Virus record (IMG/VR): IMGVR_UViG_3300031867_000033 | Coordinates: 344 to 64,343 of that record | Length of the DNA stretch: 64,000 bases | DNA from: a virus | Taxonomy: Duplodnaviria; Heunggongvirae; Uroviricota; Caudoviricetes | Strand: one strand, 5' to 3' | Part shown: piece after piece, positions 50,905-60,120 of the stretch | Numbering within the stretch: the stretch's first letter is position 1 | Layout of the letters: each line of letters opens with the position of its first letter | Notes under the pieces: model-generated | What the model saw: the letters and a program-made list of their open reading frames with translations, nothing else | Database searches by the model: none | What the model was told of the DNA's origin: nothing | Program-made: the position numbers and the translations under genes

Positions 50905-51579
50905 ATAACTAGATCGAAAACGTCAGAATCGGACTGCCCCTCCGCATCCCTGGTGCTAGCTAGTGGAATTGCACCACTTAATACTTTTAGCTAACAAATG
51001 CGGCGTGCTACCACTACACCACGTTCTCGTTAATTTTAGTCGGCGATACCAGACTTGAACTGGTACGAGTTTTACCTCGAGGGATTTTGGTCTTGATGGT
51101 TGGTGCTGCCCCAACAATTAACTCGACACTGTTCGACACCAAGTAAGTCCCTTGTGTCTGCCTATTCCACCAATCGCCGAAGTTACTAGACAGTTAAATT
51201 TAAAGGACTTGAACCTTCTCTAAAAATTATACGAAAAATTTTTATTTATCCAATTAAATTTTGCTGTAACTGTCTAAATGGTTTTACATTAAGCCGCGGC
51301 TATATGGGAACCGCTAAACCATATATCTTAATGTAAAGTCACCTATATCCGTAATGCTCGGATTTCTCCGCCTTGAGAGAGCGGTGTTCTACTTTTAAAC
51401 TAATAGGCGAAAGACTAGGCAGTTAACTTTGAAGGGCTTGAACCTTCTATAAAAATTATACAAAAATTTTTAATTAACCATTTTAAATTTGCTGTAACTG
51501 TCTAAATCACCCCAACCGGTTATGCTCCGATGTCTTGAGGTTGAAATCCTCATATTCTACTATTAAACTATGGGGCGAA

Positions 51580-51656
51580 TGGCTGGGTAGGTGGGACTTA
51601 AACCCACGACCTGCTGGTTAACAGCCAGCTGCTACTATCGACTGAGCTACTACCCA
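51580..51656 (-). tRNA. tRNA-Asn (anticodon GUU) with encoded CCA
   Basis: Manual fold: acceptor TGGGTAG/CTACCCA, anticodon arm GCTGG-CUGUUAA-CCAGC, T-arm GTGGG-UUUAAGU-CCCAC, 3' GCCA. Confidence 0.65.
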
Positions 51657-52102
51657 TCAAATCGGTACCAACCAAGTACTTTATGCTATAGCCGCTGTGA
51701 ATGGAGTTTAAAACCACCTTCGTAGAGGTTGATGGTTCCCATTACTGGTTCTCGCAAAAGATTGCTTTAGAACTAAAGCCGTCTCCTATAGCTTCCCAAT
51801 GGACCGTCAGGGCTTTGCTCCCTGCACCTCCAGCTTGCAAAGCTAGCGTTCTACTAAATGAACTAACAGCCCAAATCAAGACAGCTTTAATCAATCAGTT
51901 CCAAAAATAACAGATTCTTTAAAATTGCTGTCGCCGTCTTTAATCGCGGATACGAGATGTGCGCTCGTGTCTGAGGAGCATGAATCCCCTATGCTAACTT
52001 CTACACCAATCCGCAAAATTAGTCAAGACACTTTTAAAAAATTTTAATAGCCAAAAATTTTCAAATTAAATATTGCTGTATGTGTCTTTTAATTATTTAA
52101 AT

Positions 52103-53034
52103 CTATTCCCATTCTTCATCTGAATAAGAATTTATATCTTTCTTTTTTCTAGGTAATTTTTCAAAATCACACCATTTACGTATAGAATTATCTGAAACTC
52201 CATACATTTTACCTATTTCAGTAAAAGGTTTAGTCCGAATTAGCTGTTTTAATTCTTTGCGAGAAGGTCTAGTAACGGTTCTCTTTGTTAAAGACATTTC
52301 TAATTTTTCTCTATCTGTATAAACTTTAGTCTATATCATTCGATAAGATAAAAATTCTTCATCAGTTAATTCTTTTATTGGGATATTATTCTCATTTAAA
52401 ATTTCCCAATAATATCCTAAAAACCTATATCCTGCATAAAGTGAACTATAAAAACTATCTATCTATGATTTATTTAACTAAAAGAAACTCATTATTTCTC
52501 TTATATTAAACACTCTTAATGATATTTTATCTTCTGATAAGGCAACATACTTATTCTTCTAAGTTACACGAGAACGTGTCTAATCTTCATCTATTCCATA
52601 ATATCGTAGAGCATTGGTTATTACAGAATCAGCACATTTATATAAATCCTACAATTCTTTACAAGATTTTCCTTCCACCCATTTTTCATAGATTTCTTTA
52701 TAATTGTAAAGATTTCCACCTGATTTTCCACCAAGAAGAATATTATATCCTTTATTTCTATTTGTGGAATCATAATATGAAATCCAATAAATTTCTCTAT
52801 CATTTAATTCTTCAACCGAACAATATTCAATAACATCATATTTAAAATTTTCAATTCCATATTTCTTCATGGCTGAATACAAATGATTATCATCATGTCT
52901 CTTATTTTCTTTTGCTTTTGCCTTATGTACGCCCCATCTTTTCTTTAGTTGGACGCTCTATCCAATATAAACTTTTCCATTTATAAGATTCTCAATCTTA
53001 TAAATGCCACAATTCTACTATTCTACTCTTGTCT
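52103..53034 (-). CDS. GIY-YIG homing endonuclease #3 (~310 aa, ~8 in-frame TAG) with C-terminal HTH
   Basis: CGIYKIENLINGKVYIGQS; C-terminus KMYGVSDNSIRKWC; track shows fragments 52649..52882 and 52103..52297. Confidence 0.6.
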
Positions 53035-53226
53035 CCATTTTACATAACCTCACTTGATTATTTTATTTACGCTTTAAGCCGCGCATGAGCTAATTTAATG
53101 GTTTCAGGGGCCCAGTTCGGACGGGGCTTCGAGAGTTTTAGAGACTCACAGACTACCTTCATATCTTACCCTGAATAGCAAACGTCTGGTATCGAACCAA
53201 ACACTTCATATTTCTATGCGTGCCCA

Positions 53227-53496
53227 TTACACCACTTCACTAATAATTTCTTCAATATTCAACTTTTTAAAAACCCAGTTTCCCTTTTCATTTAAGTAAA
53301 TCCAACCATATTTTTTAAATTCTTCAAACAATTCCTCAATTTCATCTGCCCAATTTTTTGCTATATCTAAACTTTTTGGTTTATACCCATCTGGATAATA
53401 TCTTGGATAAGATAAAACAAAAATTATATGTGACCAAGCATCAGCTGTAGTTTTAAAATTATCTTTTGAATAAAGCAAACAATCTTTAGCTTTCAT
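53227..53496 (-). CDS. hypothetical protein
   Basis: ORF track. Confidence 0.45.
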   Translation of the reverse strand: MKAKDCLLYSKDNFKTTADAWSHIIFVLSYPRYYPDGYKPKSLDIAKNWADEIEELFEEFKKYGWIYLNEKGNWVFKKLNIEEIISEVV

Positions 53497-53955
53497 TTTA
53501 ATCTCCTTTTTAATTTTCTATAAATATTATATCAGAATTTTAAGAATTTTTCAAATATTTAAATCCAATTTTAAGTAGTAAGTAGTTTCAACCTTACGCA
53601 TCCTCTATGGATTTCACAAACTTGATAATGGAGTTGGACCTCCAAGTGTTCCATGAACGAGGCTCCTATTGTCTTAGTGCCTTTTAATTCTTGGCTATAC
53701 TTAAATTAGATTTAAAGTCCGCCTTCCGGGCGACGATCCCGGCACCCCCAGATTAATGGTGTTGAGTAGTGGAATCGAACCACTTATTATCCTTTACCCA
53801 ACAAGTCTGGTGCTCTAGCCAATCATGAGCTAAAGGCGGAAAATTACAAGACAGCTTTTAAAATTTTAATGCCAAAAATTTTAAATAAATTGCTGAACTG
53901 TCTTTAAGTTTCTATAAATATTATAACAAAATTTTATAGAATTTTCAAATATTTA

Positions 53956-54027
53956 TACGCTGTGAAAGAATCGAACTTTCATCAGATGCTTATCAGACAT
54001 CTATTCTAACCATTGAAATAACAGCGT
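53956..54027 (-). tRNA. tRNA-Ile (anticodon GAU)
   Basis: Manual fold: acceptor ACGCTGT/ACAGCGT, anticodon arm GATGT-CUGAUAA-GCATC, T-arm GAAAG-UUCGAUU-CUUUC. Confidence 0.55.
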
Positions 54028-54323
54028 ATTGGGTATAGCTTCGAGGCTATACCATTGTACAATTGTATGACCTCTATATTTATAGTCCAGTTGCCATACG
54101 GTGGACTGGAGCTTCCACATTTGGGCTTGAACCAAAACTGGCAGAGTCTGGTAGCTGATATTGGATTTGCACCAATCAAAGTTCGTATATTATCAACTAA
54201 AGTCTGCTGTGCTAACCTTATTACACCATGTGGAAATATAATAGAGAATCTAATTAAAATGTATTTATTTCTCTCAAACTCTCTATAAATATTATAGCAA
54301 AAATTTTTAAAAATTTCAAATAT

Positions 54324-54575
54324 TTATTCCATTTTTAACGTATTATAATCAATTTCATAATAACAAACTGAACCAATTTGAGCTATTCCAAAGCATTTAT
54401 CATTTTCTCTTAAATGCTCCTCTTTATTTCTTATTGCTTCATGTATCAAAAAATCTTGATCTTCTAATGGCGCTTTTATTTTTATTTGTTCTATTAAAAA
54501 ATTTAAAGCATCTTCTACATTTATAAAACATTTACTTAATAAGTCATGCTCTGGTTCATTAAAATATACCCACAT
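54324..54575 (-). CDS. hypothetical protein
   Basis: ORF track. Confidence 0.45.
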   Translation of the reverse strand: MWVYFNEPEHDLLSKCFINVEDALNFLIEQIKIKAPLEDQDFLIHEAIRNKEEHLRENDKCFGIAQIGSVCYYEIDYNTLKME

Positions 54576-54656
54576 TATTTTCCTTTCCCTCTCTCAACTC
54601 TCTATAAATATTATAACAAAAATTTTAAGAATTTTCAAATATTTTATTTTTTATTC

Positions 54657-55448
54657 TCAGTCTAAATTCATCTCTGCTAAATCCAGAAGATAAATTAAAC
54701 CCTTGTCTAAATAACTTCTTGCTTTCTTTTTCAAATCTTCGTCTACACCATAATAAGCCTCAGCAATACTTCCAGCTATCGCAGCAATAGTATCACTGTC
54801 TCCACCTATTGAAATTGCATTTCTTATACAATCCTCAAAGTTTTTTGATTCAAGAAAACATTCAATTGCTTGTGGCACTGAACCTTGACAGCTTTCCTTA
54901 AAAGTATAACTTGGACGTATATCATCTAAAGTAAAATTTATAATATAATAAGTATTTGCGTAATATCTTAAATACTCTTTGTCTTTACCTTCTTTAGCAA
55001 GAAAAATTAAAGAGCTAATTGCTTCTGCTCCCTTTATTCCTTCTGGATGGTTATGAGTAACTTTTGCAGTTAATCTTGCATTTTCTACCGCTTCTGCTAT
55101 AGTTCTTGCATATAAGCCACATGGACTTACTCTCATAGCAGACCCGTTACCCCAAGAATTATATGGTTGAGGATTGTCGGATTTAATCCACTGATAAAAT
55201 CTCTAACCATATCCTGCTCCATTATACTGTCTGCCTAATCTTTGCATCCAATACTGCGCCGCGGTATTAAGTCTAGTTCCACTCATTTTATTTTGAACCA
55301 TTGCCGCAGCTATAGCTATAGTCATAACAGTATCATCTGTATAACTACATCCACTATCAAATAAATCAAAATCTTTTGATTTGATATTATTAAATTCAAA
55401 ACGAGAACCAACTATGTCTCCAATTATTGCACCGTAAATTGTTTTCAC
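54657..55448 (-). CDS. ADP-ribosylglycohydrolase (DraG/ARH-like), 263 aa, one in-frame TAG joins two track ORFs
   Basis: IYGAIIGDIVGSRFEF...DDTVMTIA at N-terminus, GNGSAMRVSPCG in joined region, GGDSDTIAAIAGSIAEAYYG near C-terminus; ORFs 55203..55448 and 54657..55136 same frame, separated by TAG at 55203-55205. Confidence 0.7.
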
Positions 55449-55510
55449 CTCAACTTTCTATAATTATTATACTATGAATTTTATAAAAATTCAAATATTC
55501 TACTTTAAAA

Positions 55511-55966
55511 TTACTCACAAGGCATATGTATAACTTCTACCTCTTTATTTCTTTGTTCCTGTGTCATTGATGAAGTTAATTTATCCAAGTTATAGATATC
55601 TCTATAGCCAGGGGAAAAAGACAGTTCACTACTTATACCCCAATCTATTATTATATCATAAGTATTACAATTTACCCAGAGATCATCTGCTAACTTCCCA
55701 TAAATTTTATATCCTTTACTATAAAGAGACGGTGCTATTTCATGTATAAAAATATAATAATCATTAGATTTGTCTTCTAAATAAATATTTGTATATTCAT
55801 TTCCTGCTATTGAAGCTGTTCTTATATTATCATATATATGCTGTTTTAACTTATTAGCTGCCATCCAATAATCATTTTCTTTTAAAAATCTAACGTATTT
55901 CCTGACTTCTTCGGCTGTAGGAAAATGACTTTCCCACCTAGGTATTTCAAAACAAAAATTTTCCAT
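55511..55966 (-). CDS. hypothetical protein
   Basis: ORF track. Confidence 0.5.
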   Translation of the reverse strand: MENFCFEIPRWESHFPTAEEVRKYVRFLKENDYWMAANKLKQHIYDNIRTASIAGNEYTNIYLEDKSNDYYIFIHEIAPSLYSKGYKIYGKLADDLWVNCNTYDIIIDWGISSELSFSPGYRDIYNLDKLTSSMTQEQRNKEVEVIHMPCE

Positions 55967-55980
55967 TTAAGTCCTCCTTA

Positions 55981-56109
55981 TTTTAAACTCTTAAAAAAAT
56001 CTTCCAAAAGAAAACGAAAGCATTCATTACAATAAAAGCCTTCTTCATCTTCTGTTAAAAATTCCTTACCACAACGATAACAAATCCTATTATATAATTG
56101 CTTCATTTT
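55981..56109 (-). CDS. small Zn-ribbon protein (42 aa; CYRCG...CNEC)
   Basis: Manual read; below track cutoff. Confidence 0.3.
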
Positions 56110-56169
56110 TAACCTTCTATAAATATTATATCAAAATTTAAGTTTAAACTCAAATATTTACAAAGAAAA

Positions 56170-57460
56170 TAAGTAAAATCAAATAGTTCAAACTCTACTG
56201 TGTTATTAATCTATTAATATTATTCAATAGACAAACTAACCATGTTATGGTCTTAAAGAGTACCACAAACACTCTTTGCAGCAATGTTTATTGCTGCATT
56301 TATGTCTCTATCCATTATGTTTCCACAAGAACATTTAAACACTCTATCTTTAAGAGTTAATTTAATTTTATTTCCACAACAGCTACAGGTTTGACTAGTA
56401 TAAGCAGGATTTACTTCAAATAGGTCTGTACCAAACTTTTTGCATTTCCATTTTAAAGTTTCAGTAAATCTGCTTAATGGATTTATTTGAATTAGCCTTC
56501 GTCTATTCTTATTAGACATTCTAATCTTAGCATTAGTTAAATCTTCTATCGCAACATTATTATTTCTACACAATCTTGTAGTAGTTTGTTCAATAAAATC
56601 TTTCTTTAAATTTTCAAATCTTTCATAAGCTATTTTTACTTTATTATTTAGTTTATTCCAATTATTTGAATTTTTAACTTTCTTATCTCTTAAAGACTTT
56701 AATTTATTTATTCTGTAAAATTCTCTTAATACTGTTTTAGGATAGTTTATAAATTCACCTTTAGAATTTGTCATAAAATTCTTTATTCCCCAATCAAGCC
56801 CTATAGTAGTTGTTTCTTGTCTTTCTGGCTCTTCAATTTCATAAGAACCAGTTATGAACCATTTACCATTAATATAATGATATCTTGGCTCTTTAATTTC
56901 TTTAATATTGAATTTCTCAATATACTCATTATCTACTACTATTTTTGACATCCCCTTAACACTTAGCTCTCTTGAATGAGGTAAATTAATACCTTTTTTA
57001 TCAATTTTATAAGTTTTAGAGGTAATGTAGAATGATTGTCTATTTGGATTATATTTGTGAAATTTTGGTTTTCTTCCTAATTTCTTATAGCATCTATCAA
57101 CTGAATATTTATAATTCATAATAATACCTTTAACTAAATAAATTGGTAAAGATATCTCCTAAACTTCATAGTCAGTTAATAGATTTTTTTCATTATAACC
57201 TACTAAACCGAATATGTTAGTTTTAGGTAAATTATCTTGATATTTTGCTACTAAAAAATTTCTCATAATATGAGAATATTTACAGTAAATCAATAATATT
57301 TTCTCTTGTTCCTTTGTTGGATAAATTCTAAATTTACAGCCTTTTAACATGATTTCACCTCCTATAAATATAAGTAGTAAATTTATTTTATATTTATATA
57401 ATATCATAAATCTGATTTGAAAACAAATATTTCATTATACATTATAATATTAACCTGCGC
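56170..57460 (-). mobile_element. IS200/IS605-family TnpB-only element, copy 2
   Basis: Shared end sequences with copies 1 and 3. Confidence 0.65.
56253..57407 (-). CDS. tnpB: TnpB, 384 aa, two track ORFs in the same frame joined by one TAG (57159-57161)
   Basis: 57159..57407 (N-terminal HTH-like part) and 56253..57119 are in frame; the 13 intervening codons are open; C-terminal Zn-finger CSCCGN...CSCG and RuvC-like DRDINAAINIA. Confidence 0.8.
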
Positions 57461-57567
57461 CGCGCTACCAATTTTTGATAAAATTGGTAAACTTTAGAAG
57501 CGGTAAAAATCTAACATAAAAGTACTGTGAATAACATCGCAACGCTTTGTAGGTATCATTTCAATTA

Positions 57568-58413
57568 TAACTCATCGTCTTTAATCTAAGAAATTCTTTC
57601 TTCAATCTCTTGTCTTATACTCTAATCTATATATTCTTTTTCATCCTCTTCACAATCTATGTATTTACTATCAATATAAAAATTTACATTAGTTAAAATA
57701 TAATGTTTAATTTTCTTATGTTTACTATTTAATTCAATTTTTTCATAAAAATCAATTAATTTATATTTCTATAAAAGTAAAAGAGATTTATAAATTGAAA
57801 TATGATTTTTCTATTCTTTCTTCTTTCCTAAAAACGTTCTTAAATCCATCATTGAGAAATCAAAAGATTTATACATTCTTTCTATTCCAACTTCTCTATA
57901 GGTTAATAAAAACTGATAAAGCCTAAAATCCTATTCTGAGAATTTTAATTTTTCATTCATAATTTTTAAAGTTTCTTTTGGGATATTTCTGGACTTGTGC
58001 CCAGGTCTAGTTTCATAGTATTCGCAAGGTCGTTTTTTTCTAATCGTCCAAAGCTTTAACCAAATTTTATAATCTTCTTCTTTTGTTAATTCCCAAGAAG
58101 ATTTTTCTGGATAATCTTTTTTCATTATCTCTTTTCTTAACTTTTTTGCTTCTTCTGGTTCCTCTCCATTGTTTCCATAAATTATTTTTCCATTTCTTTC
58201 GAGTTCCCACCAGTATTTTTTAATTGAATTAACACTTAAATCAATGGTTCTTGATATTTCAGAAAGATTAATATTTTTATGCTGAAAAACTCTTTGCTAC
58301 ATATTAGGAGGATTGCCACCTAGACATACTAAATAATTAAATAATTTTTGAGAATTATGGCTTATATCATGCTAGTCTCCCATAGTCTTTAAGCCTTTTT
58401 CATAAATACTCAT
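57568..58413 (-). CDS. iteron-adjacent winged-helix (Rep-like) protein #2, 281 aa, 7 in-frame TAG
   Basis: RBS GAGGTGATAAA-ATG; KLFNYLVCLGGNPPNM(Q)(Q)RVFQHKNINLSEISRTIDLSVNSIKKYWWELERNGKI; stop TAA 57568-57570; track has only a 64-aa piece. Confidence 0.55.
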
Positions 58414-58469
58414 TTTATCACCTCATTTATTATTTCTATTATATAAGTAGCAAAATTAATAAATATGTC

Positions 58470-58680
58470 TAAAATTTTGATAATTTCTATAATCATTAAA
58501 AATATCAAAAATTTCTTTATCATAAAAATTTTATCAAAAAGTATCACCAATTTATCAAAAAGTAATACCGAATTTATCAAAAAGTAATATCAAATTTATC
58601 AAAAAGTATCACCAATTTTATCAAAAAGTATCACTATATGTAGATTACTTTTTCCTAGTCGGCAAAAAGTAATCAAAAAG
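58470..58680. repeat. iteron-like direct repeats, ~6 x TTATCAAAAAGTA(A/T)YACC at 21-22 bp period
   Basis: Units at ~58530, 58551, 58573, 58594, 58617 plus degenerate flanking copies; immediately upstream of Rep-like gene #2. Confidence 0.6.
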
Positions 58681-58689
58681 CGACGCGAC

Positions 58690-58950
58690 CGTTGGTCGCA
58701 CAAAAGATTTCTAAAACTAATTAATTTAATCTTAAGCCTATATTTACGACCGCCGGCGCTACGCGCCTCTGGTCTATTTTCAAAAGCTCTCAACTAAGGA
58801 AACTCTTCCATTTAATCCTCTGCCGCCCTTCCTTCAAAATCGATTGCACGCGCAACGCGCGGGCAAGGCTTTCGTTTTGCGCGAGGCCGCAGGCCGAGTA
58901 GCAAAACAAAGCCCAAGAAGCATCAAGGCTTTAATTTCTATTTTAAAACA
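58690..58950. repeat. GC-rich hairpin cluster sharing GGCGCTACGCGCC and GCGAGGCCGNAGGCCGAG motifs with 2130-2260
   Basis: Direct comparison of the two segments; 13-mer GGCGCTACGCGCC identical. Confidence 0.5.
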
Positions 58951-58982
58951 AAAGCACCGTGGATAATACCGCGGCGCAAAAT

Positions 58983-60120
58983 TTATTTTTTAATCCATTT
59001 AGTAAAATGAATAGCTAAATAATATAAACAAAATATAACTGGAAAAATTACTAAATAACTTCCACTTAAACTATGAACTAATGTTGTAATTTGATTTCCA
59101 ACAAGTCCAGCTATTGCCCAAGCAGATAATGCTGTTCCATGAATTTTACTTATATGTTTCATTCCATATAAGTCTGAAAGTAAAGGAGCAATACAACTAA
59201 AACCTGCTCCATAACAGGCAGAAATTAAAATTAAAGCAATAACTGAAAATTTAGAAAAACAAAAAGCAAATATTGCACAAACCATAGAAATTAAAAAGAT
59301 TATATAATAAATTGTTTTTCTTTCTTTTAGCTTATCTGAAGCTGCAGAAAATACTAATCTTCCTGCTCCATTAAAAATCCCCATTATAGAAACGACTAAA
59401 GCAACTGCTCCAACACTAAAGCCAAGTTCTCCAAGAATTAAACTTGCAGTAGGAATTAAAGCAAGACCACAAGCAATATTTAAAAAGAATAACAGCCAAA
59501 TAAAAATAAAATTCTTATCTTTTAATAATTCTTTAATTTTAAAATCTGTTTTTGTTTGCGGCTCGTTCCAGCCCTCTGGTTTCTTCAAAAGAAAATGTCC
59601 TATTAGCATTGGAATAAAATATATTCCAGCAAGGATTAAAAATACAATTGGCAATGCAAAATGTGCCATTAAAAAAGTAATAATAGGACTTGCAAGAGTT
59701 GACGCGAATCCAAAAGCACAAACTGAAATTCCAGTTGCTAGTCCCTTATTGTCTTTAAACCATAACATTAAGGTTTTAACAGGAGTTAAATAGCCAATTC
59801 CTAGTCCAATTCCCATTAAACATCCATAGCCCAAATAAAGAAGAACTAAAGATTTTAAACCGACTGCTAAACCAGCAAGACAAAGTCCTCCACAAAAACA
59901 AAATATACTAATTAAAGAAGAGCGATGAATATTTTTTTCAACAATTGAACCACCGAAAGCAGCACTCATTCCCAGAAAGAAAATTGCTAAACTAAAAGCG
60001 AATTGAACTAAACCAACTGATACTCCTAAAGCTAAAGCGATAGGTTGGACAAATAAAGACCAGGCATAAACAGAACCTATACAAATATGAAGTAAAATTG
60101 CGGGAAGTGCCGCATTTACT
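58983..60120 (-). pseudogene. MFS transporter, oxalate/formate antiporter (OFA) family, 5'-truncated by TnpB element copy 3
   Basis: Track ORF 58983..59969 extends in frame upstream (…AALPAILLHICIGSVYAWSLFVQPIALALGVSVG…, OFA-type GSVYAWS motif) to the IS right end at ~60121 with no start codon. Confidence 0.55.

Larger units (their letters stand above)
50290..54050 (-). other. RNA-gene island: canonical tRNAs interspersed with tRNA-like 5' and 3' halves, minihelix-like units and a GIY-YIG endonuclease gene
   Basis: No long ORFs except endonuclease; GC content above genome background; repeated spacer CTACTATTAAACTA; many T-arm and D-arm-like motifs. Confidence 0.5.
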
